From: Seison nebaliae
Lineage: Eukaryota
Reading direction: 5' to 3'
Assembly: GCA_023231475.1 (NCBI GenBank)
Contig: JALJEE010001165.1
Location: 1-51,955 of the forward strand
DNA length: 51,955 bases
Of the stretch, positions 12,001-25,700 are shown one piece after another. The notes beneath the pieces were generated by a model. That model ran no database searches. It saw only the letters and a list, made by a program, of their open reading frames with translations, and had not been told where the DNA came from. The translations under genes and the position numbers were made by a program. Within the stretch, counting starts at the first letter, position 1. The number at the start of each line of letters is the position of its first letter.

Positions 12001-15000
12001 TCATCTTTTTTTATTAAAAATTTATTTGTATTTCTTTGTAATTCATTTGGTTTTTTATCAATCCTATTATTATTGTTGTTCTTATTGTCATGATTATTTT
12101 CTTTCAAGATTACACTCTCTTCCACTGTTAACGTATAAGTATCAGTTGATTTGATACTATGTCCATCATCATCAACTTTCTTCTTTTTCATTTTTCGTTT
12201 ATTCACCTCCTTCGAATTCGTCAATGTCATTTCTTTCTCTAGAGCATTCTTTTCACCGGATAATATTCCACCAGCAAATGGTGGAATGTCGAATTTGGCC
12301 GCTTCAGGATATAACTCATATTCAGGCGGTTTATTCTCCAAAGACCGTCGACTATTTCGATTATTTGATGGTATTAAACCCGTAGTTGATGAGGAAGATA
12401 CAGAATGGTGACTCGACCGATTTCTATTTTCAATTTTCCCATTCCTTAACAATTTGGTGTTGGAAGTACGAGTGGGTGATGTGTTTGGAAATGAAGTGAA
12501 ATGATTCGATGATGAAGAATGTCGATGTTTCCTATGAGAGTTCTTGGGAGGAATATTTGTTCGTAAATTCCGAAAGAATTGTTGTGTTGATAAATCAGAT
12601 ATTCTCGTTATAACCGGTGATCGTGGAAAATTGTTTTGTCCATCAAACGAATTGGAACCAATTGATGGTCGAGATTCATTGAGGATATGTGTCGGATTGA
12701 CACTAAGAATTTCTTTAATCGCTGTCGATTGTTGTTGACTGCGATTGAAAATGTTTGAGGTCCATCTCAACTCTTCATAATTATTCATAATTTCTTCTTT
12801 ATTCTCTTCCTCTTCGATGATAATATTATCATCTATTTTCTGTTGCTTTTCTATCGAAAGTGATAAATGTCAAATAAAACAGATAAAGAAATTATTATCA
12901 GAAAATTCTCTCAAAAATCTCAATAAAGTTCCACATTTATCTAATTTATCAGTTTATTCTTCTAAATAATATATGAATATAAAAATCACTTTTCTTTACT
13001 CTCCAATGTCTACATTCTCCTTTGTGAATTGAGTTTAATTAAGTTAATTTCCATTAATTGTGTGAAGGAAATCTTATCATTTAAGAAGAGAGTTCTCGTT
13101 AGTATTATCGTAACATATGTTACGTCTGTGAAAATTTGTAAATGTTCACCGAATTATCGTCGTATTAATACTGGACGAACATTCTCACAGTTGACGACAT
13201 CAGATGAATCTTTTCACACAATCATTAAAATTCTACCGATGAACTTTATCACGTCTGATATTGTGAGACTTACCGATTTCACTACAGATTCGATTAATTC
13301 TTCAAATGTCAAACATTGTTCTCATCTCTCACAACAGAACACTCTTTTCATCATAACATATTTTCATTCTCTTCTCTTTCAAAGACAGTTCTAATTCAAA
13401 TTTACACAGTTCCAAATTACTTACTTTTTCGGATTTATATCTCGAAAATTATATCGATTTCTCTTTTACATTTTCACAACCTAATTCTATTCGTAAATAA
13501 TTATCCCATTTGTTTTATACATTTCCAACGAATAGAGTAAACGTATCTTAAAAAAAACTCCTAATGAATTTATTGACTTGTGAATAACTGAATTCGTAGT
13601 GGAAACGCATTTCAACTACTTCTTCGTTTCTATAACAACTTCGTTTTCTCAACAGACCACGAACGACTACCAAAATGTCAATTACATAGAAGAAGTGAAA
13701 ATAGTATACCAATCCGCAATCTCCAAAGATCATAGGACAAATTCAGAAAAAAAATTTTCTCCCGAAATTACAGTGTTGGAACAGAATTTCGTTTTGAATA
13801 TTACTTTTTGGAAGAATTAAATTTCTTACTCAAATCTCAAATTTCTTATGTGTACGATATTGAAAATAATGCTCTAAATTTTGAAACGTTTGAATAAAAG
13901 TAGAATTGGTTTGGAAAAGTAGAAAATGATTGATAAGTTTTCAACGACGACATTTCCTCCCGCCAATTCACATAGATGTCATCTTACCATTTATTTCTGA
14001 CAATAGAAGATGATCATGACGAATATAACGGCAATCAATTATAATTTGAATAGATGAGATGGGTTCATCGTAAATCATTCGCGCTTCATGTACCACATTG
14101 CACAAATATTTCTCACTTGTAGATCGCGACTAGTTTATGGAAAGTGAACAACCAATATTGATCATAAATGATAACTATATTATGATTATAATTCATCCCA
14201 TATCTCCTTGTAAATAAACCGAAACAAAAAGATTTTTTTCAAACGAAAACGAACTTTATCAGATCTTTATAAATTCATCTTACATTAGGAGCATGGATGT
14301 GAAGAGATGAGAAGAATGTGTGAATAAGGACCATAGTTGATCATTCATGATAAAATGTTTCTTTGTTATAAGAAACTTTACATGAAATTAAAGAAGTTCA
14401 TCACCACCATTTCCGCTTACATGAGAAAAAAATTAGTAGAAAAATTATTTTCCTTTATTTCCGTTTATTATCCTCCGTTCTCTAAATCGATCGTTTTAAA
14501 CGATTTCTATTCTTCTTTCAGCTTAGCCATGAAGAACTTTAGTTTTTTTTCCATCAACGAAACGTTTCCGCCATTCCTCTCCCCAATATTCTCTTACATA
14601 ATGTTCTAGATTCTCTCCTTAAACACACATTCACATATACACACATGTTCTTCATGTCTCTATTTCATGAGGTACATCGAATAAACTCTACTAGAACGTT
14701 AATACAAAATCCCAATCGATCAACAAGCACTTCTTTGAATAAAAAAAAAACCTTATCTTAACTAGTGTTTACCAGTAAACTAATGTTATTCAATATTATA
14801 TACTTCTATCAATTGAATTCAATTCATCAACGAAACTGTTATTCCTCTTTTGTTCAATTCTACAACGATCCGACATTAAGAATGAATAAATAAAATATTA
14901 AACATTGGGCAAAAAGAAGAAAAGAAAGTTGATTACTATAAAACATATGATCTATTTTTCCAACATAAGGATAGGCATAAACTATTTAAGTGAGACGAGA

Positions 15001-15357
15001 AATTATATTAAACACTAATAGTTTATATTAATTCTTTTTTTCTTATTATGTAATTTCATCTATTTCAAGTTCTATTCAACTATTGACTGAATGGTAAATA
15101 GAATTTTTTTAAGCAGTTAAGAATAATGAGATGAACAATAATAATTATAATCACAAAAAAAGAAAAACCTTTTAAATTTGTTCTTTTCTTCGGATAACGT
15201 TTACGAAAACATTCAGCAACTGATGGTAAACAATTATTGTTCTCAATCAATTCTTTTAATGTTTCATCTTTATCTTCGACCGAATTTGTCAAATGTTCAA
15301 ATTTGTCTTCATTGTCATTGCTTGAACATTGGGATAAATCGAAATATTGATCACTAT
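9082..15357 (-). CDS. CEP170-like low-complexity protein; exons 15169-15357, 10389-12850, 9918-10286, 9549-9634, 9082-9499; 5' end not resolved
   Basis: All joins are phase-compatible GT..AG. Motifs LNRAFQLRRA, YEKALRCTVHNLSNKILKQSRTILEKI and RDLKQTLKNLEATDNFLNNLDDLL resemble the CEP170 central and C-terminal helices. The coding status is well supported; the family call is moderate. Confidence 0.6.
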
Positions 15358-15469
15358 CTAAAACGAGATAAGGAAAATTTTAATTCTTTACCGTCTAGCA
15401 ACTATCATTTTGCTATCATTTAAATGATTAAAAAAAATTAAAATTAATTTTGCAGAAATAAAAATACAT

Positions 15470-15594
15470 TTAATCCTTTTGATTCGAGATTTTTCAATCC
15501 TACAGCGGACGTTAACGTCCGCTAATTAAAGTTGAAAAGGTAGATAAAAACAAAAAAAATTAAAAAAGAAAACTTTAAGGATCTAAAGGGTTAA
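15470..15594. mobile_element. piggyBac-type MITE/relic in an intron
   Basis: TTAA at 15470-15473 and 15591-15594 flanks imperfect terminal inverted repeats (TCCTTTTGATTC vs reverse complement CCCTTTAGATCC). An internal perfect 20-bp palindrome AGCGGACGTTAACGTCCGCT lies at 15504-15523. Confidence 0.6.
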
Positions 15595-17471
15595 TTAAAT
15601 GAAACTTAAGAAAACCTAATACAATTAGACTCAAGTTCTTACTTCTCAATGTCGCAATGGAAAAAATCAGTAGTTATTTGGAAATTAAAATTGGAAAAAA
15701 ATGAACAAATCAAAGCCATCAGATAAGAAATTAAAAATAATTCAATATTTTGGGAAAGAAATAAATATATCATGAATGTCAAAGGAATGAAATTAATATG
15801 AGAAAATTTGAAAATTGCTTTTATCGATTTGATATTAATGATTAGTTTAACATAAGAAAATGAAAGTTGGCGGAAATTTGACTACGTACCTTGAAATGTT
15901 GACGTATTCAATAGAATAACAAGACAATCTCTCCAAGATTAATCTCAATCCACATAAATTCCACTAGTTAGTGAGGCTTGAATTCATGAACATTCAGATA
16001 TAAGAGAAGATTATTGAATTGTCGACTTCTAACGATTATTATCGATATGTTATAATAATTATTTATCGATGTTCGTTACATTCAATAAAACAAAGATAAT
16101 TATAATGTTCAACAATAAAAGGGATTTCTAAATAATATAGAAAGATCTTGAGATGGATTAGAGAATAATCATCTTCAAAATAATTGAAAAAAAGGATTCG
16201 GTTAGATAGAAAAATTTCTGATTTCACTTGTTCATGTTGGAAGACGAGAGAGGAGAAGAAAAGAAAAATAAATAAAAAAGACGATCATCATATTGTAACA
16301 AGGATAATATTAGGTATGATGATAATGGAGCATCAATCTAATCAATTCACGTGTTCATCCAATTTAATGGAACAAGGATTTCCATTGCTTATCTCCTAAA
16401 TCGAACATTTTTTTTTAATTCATTGCGATTGGGAGGAGAATGGATTGAAGTGGAAAAGGAAAACCTTCAATAAGATTTGTATATTTATTCGAAATCGAAA
16501 TTTTGTAAAGTTAATCTTTCTCCCTCATCAAACCATCAATGTTCAGTTTATTAGTGAAATCATCGATGATAACATGTAAATCCTGTGTGAAAGATATTGT
16601 ATGAAACATTCATTGGATGAATCTGAGAAAATTTGAGAATAAAAAAAATCGATAGGAGGAAGTAAGCAATATTGCTAATTGAATCAGTGAAGAAAATAAA
16701 AAATAAATTGCGATCATTTCGATTATGTAAGAAAGAAGATTTTGAAGAGAAACATCCTTTTCTTATTCTATTACGAGAAGATATCTGTGTTTATTATGTA
16801 ATTTTATGAATATTATATATGTGAATTAACATATTTCCATTCAATAAGATGTCAGAGTCACAGTGATTAACTCTAGCTCCAACGTTACCACACAAATGTC
16901 AGTGAAACGATTCATCTCTTTTCTTATGGTTCAGATTTAATCCTGTCATTCGCCTCTCATTCTATAAGGACTGGTCATATTGGAGAGTTATCCCCATTAA
17001 TAACACAGTATTAATTGACTAATAACATTGCACTTTTAATAAAATTTCACGATAATTTCTGTTTATTTGGAAAAAATTTCACTTTTAACATTCCGTCGAA
17101 ATGAACGTGAAGTTTATTGTGGTGATAAGACGAAACAGGTCAAGCAGAAAGATGGATTGTGGTAGAAAAACCGCTAAGCTAAATTAATCAATCGGATTTC
17201 CAAATGATGACCCACCTTACTTTATTTGATGGCGAAGAAAAAGGAAAAAATATGTATGTCTAGTTTTTCAAAATTATTTGTTCCGGAACATCCGAAGACA
17301 CGTTGTTCATATCTATATGATTTCGAGAACACGTTTTGACGAACCATCGAATTTTGATGTTCCAAAAACATGAGAATAAATGAAGAATATCTAGATAATC
17401 ACTAAAAATTAGGTTTCATTATCAACAACATTCCTTACCTATAATTCTTGTTACTTCTTAATTATAAATGA

Positions 17472-17508
17472 TACTACTATAGTAGTAAGAAACTATAGTT
17501 TCTTACTA
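17472..17508. repeat. Overlapping perfect palindromes (26 bp and 16 bp)
   Basis: TAGTAAGAAACTATAGTTTCTTACTA (17483-17508) and TACTACTATAGTAGTA (17472-17487) are each self-complementary. Confidence 0.85.
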
Positions 17509-18514
17509 AAATAAACAAAATTAGTTTGCCAATTCAAAAAAAAAAGAATTCATATTTTCCCATCGAAAGAAACATGTCAGAAATAAGAAGAATTCTTCAT
17601 TTCTAAATTGAAAAAAGAAAATAATTTGGATTAATTTTGAGAATTATTAAATCATGAAATGAATCGAACGGACTTCAACATTGGGAAGGAGACGAAGGAA
17701 AACTTTAGAGATGTTTGAACGTGGCACGAGATAGATAATGGAATTATTATGGAAAATATTGATAGAGATTTTATTGATGAAACGAAAGTTTCAAATGTTT
17801 ACAAACAAACGAATATGAATGAAATAAGAACGATTCATATTTCTTTATCATCATGTGCCAAATGATAAGTTTTCGGTTGTTAATTTCTAGTAAGTTTTCC
17901 TTTCGCATATACGTTTCCCCTTCTGTTTTATCACCTTAAAGTAGATATGATTAAAATCTGAATATTCTTCATTATCCGCCGTTCGACCACTATCGTTTGT
18001 AGCGAACGATAAACAATTTCTCATCATTCATCTCAACTGTCTACATTCATCTAATCATTTAGTAGCCGCAAAACGGACAAAATGAATATTTACTCGTTCC
18101 TTCTCATCAATTCTCTCATCGGACCATGCAAAATGTGTTGATGTATTTTCCTGTTCACCTTTCTTTTCCTGTATTCCCCTCCGTGAGAGACATACGCACG
18201 TTTCACATATTACTTCTCCAATCCATCCACACATAAATATATAATATGACTAGATGATGAGCATCTGATTCGTGTCAGAATCGTCCATCACACAATCTTC
18301 TTATAATTTACGGAAATTTACTAATTCTTATTAATAAAAGGAATTATCGATAAAGTGAAATGAAGAGGATGTAACTTTCCTAACATCACACACATATAGA
18401 TGATCAGCGGAATAACAATAATATCTTTCAACATCACATATGATGGAACTGGGAAAAATAGTTTTTAATTAAAGAAATTATCGTTTAAATTGGAAATTGA
18501 CTTCAATTTTCCCC

Positions 18515-18542
18515 TCATCATCATCATCATCATCATCATCAT
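18515..18542. repeat. (TCA)n microsatellite
   Basis: About nine TCA units read directly. Confidence 0.9.
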
Positions 18543-19705
18543 AATCGACAGAAATGTATCTCATCATCCATTTCAGCAGTCAGTTAAAGAAGTATAATAA
18601 TTTTTATGTCGTTCAGAGATGTGTTAACTTCATTTCATACTCTGCCGATAATACAAGCGGAAGCGATTAGCTTAACTTCCCTTATACGCATAAAGTTATA
18701 ACATTTAATCATTCGTTTATTTCACTCTTCTCCCATCCAAAATCGAGAGTTATATCTCTTTCGGAAAAAAATATGATATCGCCAAAAAAGAAAAACCATA
18801 AAACGATTTTTCTCTAAAAAACAATTTCACCTTTTTTCTCACAAACCAACCAATAAATATATCAATGAAACGTGACATGTTTGTCGATTGAATATTATCG
18901 GAAATCTACACGATGGAACGAATCTTCAATTACAATTATTTATAAAATTCTATTAAGTGTTTCCGGAAATCAATAAAAAAATTTTCGATTTATACAATTT
19001 GATATTAATCTTTACTTTTCTTTCCTATCTTCTGTTCTCTTCATCATTTCTTTCATGTTCTCCGATCAATTATTTTTCGTCGTCTTCTCCGTTATGTCGT
19101 CAATGGACATATTTGTTTTATTCCAATTCTTTTATATAGAAAGAACAGAAAGATTTGCAGTTATTATTCCATTCACTTAGTCTCCTCCTATCAATCTCTT
19201 ATAAACAAATTATTAATGTTATGTGTCACAAATGATTATAATTGGAACGACAAGAATTATATTGAAATGATACGACGAAAAAGATTGAGAATTAATAAGA
19301 GAAGAACAAATTGGAAAATAATACGAAAAGAAATGGAGGATGATATTCTTTTCCTTCCCAACTATCTATCTTTTTATATCATATATTTCTAATGGTGGCA
19401 CTCCATCAGGAGATATTCATGAATGAATTCGACAATTGTTCAAAAATAACATTTCTTCTTTCTAAAAAAACGAGAAAATCTAAATGCCTCCGCTACTAAT
19501 CATATAGTTTGAGAAGGATGATGTTCACGATAATGAGAAATGCGAATAGAGAATTATATCGAAGTTATCATGAAAGATCAAAAATGATGGAAATTAAAAA
19601 TGAAGAGTGAAAGAGATGGGAATAAGATGATGGCCTTCAATTCTCTTAATTCAATGTTATCGAATAGGAGGAGATGTGTTATGATGCAATGACAATATAA
19701 CTAAC

Positions 19706-19851
19706 TTTTTATATATTCCATTTGACTCTCGTCTCCTTTTTCTTCCTCATCAGCATCACCGCCAGTAGTAATAGTAGTAGTTAGAATTGATGTTTGACGA
19801 ATATGATTATTTGGTGAATTCTTCATTATTCGATTTGTTTTTCTTCCACTG
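19706..19851 (-). CDS. Candidate upstream coding exon of the CEP170-like gene
   Basis: Open frame SGRKTNRIMKNSPNNHIRQTSILTTTITTGGDADEEEKGDESQMEYIK ends at a phase-1 GTTAGT donor, compatible with the phase-1 acceptor at 15357. Confidence 0.4.
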
Positions 19852-20767
19852 CTTTAAGTATTAATTGAACGAATTGATGTGGCACGTTAATTTTTGTATT
19901 TTCAGGATCAGAAATTCATTGGAAGATGTTTCATGATATTTTGGTAACTGCTGTTCTTATCGGCCACTTTTCTCATTCGAATTATCAATACGTGGAAAGT
20001 GAATGTTTTTTTAACAGAATTTCAGGAGAGAAGAAAAAAATTCGATGAATTGGTCGTTCAATATTTGGCGATGAAATGAGTAATGGAGAAATGAACTTAA
20101 TAATTTTCTTTTAATTTATAAGAAATTCCGAATTGATGTCAGATGTAGTTCCCTTCTGTGTAAGAAGAAGTTGAATGGGTTATATATATATATATCGATC
20201 AATCGATCATCGAACCCATTTATATGTTATGTATATAGACAAACTATCTCACCATACTGTGCTTAATAGAATATTCGTTTCTATTACTTTAATAATACTC
20301 ATATTCTCATATGGCTCTCTGACATAAACAAAATCTTATTCCATCAACGCTTTTATCATAAAAAGAGAAAATATGAGATTTTTCTTGGAAAAATTGAAGC
20401 TTAGTTAAAAGTGGAAATTGTGAATATAATAAAAAGAAGAATGAATTGTCTTTTCTGTATATGGTGATGGAACATTATTGATTTCGTTTTACTCTCCCAC
20501 TTGTTAGTTCGACATTGTAAAGTGACACAAAATTTTATTAAATTTAATTAAAAATATATAGTTATATTTATAGTGTGTCACCATACTACTTCTTTCTTTT
20601 CACGAATGATGATTCGTCATTCAAACACTTAATCGATTATTCAATACACAATACAGTTATGATATATATTTTTCATATTTTTTTCAATTTTAAATTAAAG
20701 AATTATTATCATTTTAAATTAATTTTAAATTTAAATTTAATTCTTTTGATTTTAAAAGAGAAAGAAA

Positions 20768-20811
20768 AATGTCGATTTACCAAATGCCCGTCTACAAAAT
20801 GTCGTTTCCCC
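20768..20811. repeat. Relic of a transposon subterminal repeat (CTACCAAATG type)
   Basis: Two to three degenerate TCTACCAAATG units ending GTTTCCCC. The unit is the reverse complement of the one at 39094-39174. Confidence 0.5.
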
Positions 20812-21080
20812 ATTTATCTGTATTCATCATTGCTATAAGAAAGAAGATAATTATGTTATAAGAATAAAATATTACTCTGTTATTGGAGTATTGATTTGAA
20901 CTTTATTATTGAGGTAAATGTTACGGTTATTTGTCTAATTTTAATACAATTTCTATAAAAAACTAAATATAACATATAAATTAAATTAATTTAATAAGAG
21001 ATTGTAAAGAGAATTAAACATTTGAAGGAAGTGAATTTAATTTTGAAGGATATAAATAGTGAAATTGGTGAAGAAATTAA

Positions 21081-22096
21081 TTAGAAACCAAAACTATTAT
21101 TTGGAATGGGATTAGGGTTATGAGGTATTTGATTCGCTGCTGCTGCTTTCTTTTTCTTATAAAAATAGTAACCAACTGCTCCTATTATTCCGACTACAAT
21201 GACCGCTCCAACTCCTATAATAATTTTTTTGGTTGTTGGACTAAAACCGGCAGATGACGGTTTGGACGTGGTTGGTGGTGTAGAGCAACAATATTGACTA
21301 CCTGGCGGTCCACAACAATATTTATTAGTTAGTGAAGTATTTGGTAATGGACATCTAAATGTTCCTAATTTAAACGTTTTAATTCCTTCACCTGGTTCCT
21401 CCTTATTTTCACATAACCCCGGATCTTCATTACTACTACTACCACTTCGACCTTAAATTTATAATTTTTCTATTTAATAATTAATTTAATATAAACGAAC
21501 CGAACAATCCTCCCACTTTATTCATCATTCCACCAGCCATTCCACTGACACCGCTAGTTATTCCTCCGAAGCCACCTCCTCCCCCGAACATTTTGCCCAT
21601 GAAAAAACCGGCGGCAGCACCACCCACTTTTTTCAACATACTCGATGAACCACCACCTGAATTTCCATAATTATTATTATTTGGATATTGTTGACCATAT
21701 CCGGGAGACATGCCACCTGGATATCTTTGACCTCCATTATTATAATTTTGTTGACGATTTGAACCTAATCCTGAAATTAATGACATAATTCCCTTGTCGT
21801 TATTAGCTGAGACGAGTTGATTATCGGTTGAATCCGATTCTCCACATCCCGAAGAAGAACTGTCCAAATGTTTAATTTTCCTGTATTCCTGAAAGAACTG
21901 ACTAATCGTCTTCAATACGTTACTTCAATGACAAATATAATTAATATTGCAATAAAAATATTAATATAATTTAGAACTCTGGCATTCGTTCACATTTCCC
22001 ATTAACTGCAAAGTAAGAATCAATTTAAAGAATTATAATTAAAAATTTACCTTCTAATTGATAAGTGAACATAATGAGAATTGAGAATAACAACAT
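21081..22096 (-). CDS. Shisa-like type I membrane protein with a Gly-rich N-terminal ectodomain, 4 exons
   Basis: Signal peptide MLLFSILIMFTYQLE, then a Gly/Asn/Met-rich segment. It is followed by LCENK...FRCPLP...KYCCGPPGSQYCCS (Shisa cysteine pattern), TM IIIGVGAVIVVGIIGAVGYYFY and KKKK; the stop is at 21081. Three short introns join in frame. Confidence 0.75.
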
Positions 22097-22726
22097 TTTT
22101 CAATTTTCTTTCAAAGTTTAATTAAACGGTTCAAATATTTTATGTCATATCTCTCGTTTAGAACTATAAAAAAACAGTTGAGTATATAAAAATAATTCAT
22201 TTTACTCTTCATACAACTGTTTAACTTAACTGTCATTTTAAGCATAAGTTCAATATTAAAATTTATGAGATAAAATAAAACTATGTCTATTGTTCGAATT
22301 ATTAATTTATTCGATTACAAAATAAGATTCTTACTTTGTAATGGCATGATTCGAATAATCAATACTTCAACGGTGCAAAGAACGTTTGTTTGTATAAAAC
22401 TATGTGAAGTCACTAAAAGAATTCAAGTTAACAATTATGTGTAGAGATTGGTAATATAAGGTTCTTGAAAAGTTCATCTTGTTATTCTCAAACCATGTGA
22501 GGAAATTTTAAATAAATTGTGCATTGGAATCTTTAAAAAACGAAAAAGGAGCCGAACGTTCGAATAAGATTCCGATGAAGATTGTTTAACATCATTAGTT
22601 TATAATAGTGGAGGGAAAAAGAAGAAGGATAATAAATGAAAAGTTAAGCGAGAAGAGCAAAATTAATTATTGGGAGAAACAACTCATAAAAATTGTTTGA
22701 TCAACAATTTCAAATCTACACCAACA

Positions 22727-25700
22727 ATGAAAAAAGATTCATCGTTTCGAACGATGTCTTCTCCTTATGGATTGAAAGTGCCGATATTTCGTCCCACAAT
22801 TCAGGAATTTAAAAATTTTCAAAAATATATTCAATTCATTGAATCATGTGCTGGACATACGGTCGGTCTGTGTAAAATAATACCACCGGACACATGGCAA
22901 CCCAGATTGAAATCGGAGACGAATTCTTCTATCATGAATATGAGAATTACGGCACCAATCGAACAAGTAGCAAGTGGAGGGAATGGAGTATTTCGTTTAT
23001 TGAATTGTGAACGACCATCATTGAAAGTGAAGGAATTGAAAGAATTATCTAATCGTCCCAAATATATGACTCCACATCATGTCAATTTTAGTCATCTAGA
23101 ATCGTTATATTGGAAACAGATCGTTAATCCAGCTCCAATTTATGGAGCCGATTTGAGTGGTAGTGTCACTGATATTGACGAGAAATATTGGAATATTCGA
23201 CATTTGCCATCGATGCTTGATGTGTTGGGAGAAGAGTATAACACAATGATCGAAGGTGTTAATACTCCATATCTCTATTTCGGAATGTGGAAAGCGTCGT
23301 TCGCTTGGCATACTGAAGATGTTGATTTGTATTCTATTAATTATATTCATTTCGGCGCACCTAAATCCTGGTATTGTATTCCTCCAGAATTTGGACGACA
23401 ATTTGAAGAATTGGCAAATCGACTTTATCCTGAAATGAAAAAGAATTGTTCAGCTTTCCTCCGTCATAAAGAATGTCTTATCAATCCGAAAATGTTGATC
23501 AAAGAAGGAATTCCATTCGCTAAATGTGTTCATTTGCCTGGTGAGATAATGATAACTTTCCCTTATTCTTATCATGCCGGTTTTAATCACGGTTTCAATT
23601 GTGCCGAATCTACCAATTTTGCGACGTTTCGTTGGATAGATTATGGTGTTCAAGCAACTCAATGTTTGTGTAAAGGTGATGCTGTTCGTTTAATGATGTC
23701 GATGTTTACAGATCGATTTCATTCATATAAGAAATTTCAATCAAATCACATTTATCGTTATCAAATCTACCTCAAAACCACAAAGGAGACAATTGGCAAT
23801 TTGGATAATGGACAAAATATGACAATGAAGAATGGAGAGAAATTGAAATTGTTTCAAGATTCTATTGACAAATTAATTCCCAACAGTCGTCAAATTAAAA
23901 AAGTTCAATCTAATTTGAAACGTTTGAAAGGATCGTTGAAAATTGATAAAGACAAAAATTTCACATTTTTCGATTATAAACGAATTGAAGAGAATTCACT
24001 TTATCAGCCACTTCGTTTCAACAATGCACAACAATCTTGCGAATTAACTTCTCCATTAAATTCGACGAACAGTTTAGAGAAATGTCCAATTATCGATTAT
24101 TTAATCAATTATATGGAGGACATTATTGAAGAATTCGATTTACGTACAACTCACAAATTGACATTTATCGATTATAAATCCAAATCAAAAAATATCAAAA
24201 CTTTCTTCGACCTCAATCAAACTGATCATCAGTTTGATATGGATGATTCTAATTTTTGGTTATGTCAATTTGACGATATTTTGGGTGGACAGAAACTAAA
24301 ATATATTATATCAAAAGACGGAATAACACCACAAGTCATCAATGCCATCATTTCTCCTATTCTCAAAAAATTTGTAGCTTATATGAACATTAAGAAATTA
24401 ATGTCAAATGGTCGAATTAATCGAATGTGTGAAATTCAGACTAAAACTCAACAATTATTTATGGATCAATTACAAAATATTTATCAAATAATTTTTGATC
24501 AAAAAAATGATGAATCGACGACGATCAAAAGGAAATCGGAAAGGAAATTTTTTGATATTTTTGAATTTCTGAAAAATTTATCGATCGATATTTATTCAAA
24601 AACGGATAATTCTCCGAAAGAGATTAATGAATTATCAAAAAACTTCCAATCAACTGGTGCAACAATTTATCCGGAACTTTTACAATTAAGAAAGTTGGAT
24701 CGGAAATCATTGAAATTATTAGATCGGAAAAATATGATAAATATCCGTCGTCAAATTCATGATGTTTTATTATCACCAATTTATCCACATTGTAGTATTT
24801 GTGTTTGGTTCAAACCCAGAGTGTTACCTGTTTATTCTTCCATCAATTTAGAGGAGGAAGAAAAAATGAAAAAAATGATCGTTAATTTTGAGACTTTGAC
24901 ATATTTAGATAATTTGATATATCAAAACAATTTGATCCATTCGTCTAAAGTAAAAAATCTTCCACTGACTGATCGATTGAGACGTTGTGATAATTGTCAT
25001 GTCATTTCACATGAATCATGTTGTAAATTTTATGATGAAACATTGAACGGTGAGAATGATGGAAATAATAATTATTGTAATTTATGTAGTGCAATGATGG
25101 AAGATGTAGAATCGATGATTATAACTGATTTCAATTGTTATATTTGTCAATCGAATCATTATGGAGAATTAACTGAATTGATTTTCATTGATGAGAATCG
25201 ATTAGAAATAATAGATAAAAAATCATTTATTCATATAACTTGTGCAATAGCACACAATCAATATAATCCGATATCGGATGAATATATTTTTGAATTCCGA
25301 AAGAATAAAATTTATTTCAATACTCTCAATTTCTTCATGTTAATCAATGAGAAAATCACCACACAATTGACGAGCAGTGCCGTTATCGGACGACAAGTTC
25401 TGTTGTTAGAAAGATCATCAGACACGTCATCACAAGCTGCGAAGAAGATGTTGAATAATTATGTGAAAAAATGGTTTTCTGTCGATACGAGTTCCGGTGA
25501 AGTAGATATTAATGAGACATTCAATCGAATTGTGTTGGAACCGAGACATTATAAAAAATTCGAAAATGATTTATCGACTAAACAACAAGAATTAAAATGG
25601 GATTATTTCGTTGGTAGAAGAATTTTACAATGTATCGATTTTATTGATGAGACATTCGATAAAGAGAAATTGATATCAAAAAATAATGTGAATAAAATGA

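Noticed and set aside
13029..14609. Plus-strand ORFs of 70-120 aa inside the CEP170-like intron
   Set aside because: Several start at non-ATG codons, their composition is F/I/L/K-biased as expected of AT-rich non-coding DNA, and no coherent splice chain links them.
18247..18268. TGACTAGAT, the 5' end of miR-279-family microRNAs
   Set aside because: No convincing complementary arm for a pre-miRNA hairpin nearby, and the rest of the sequence does not match.
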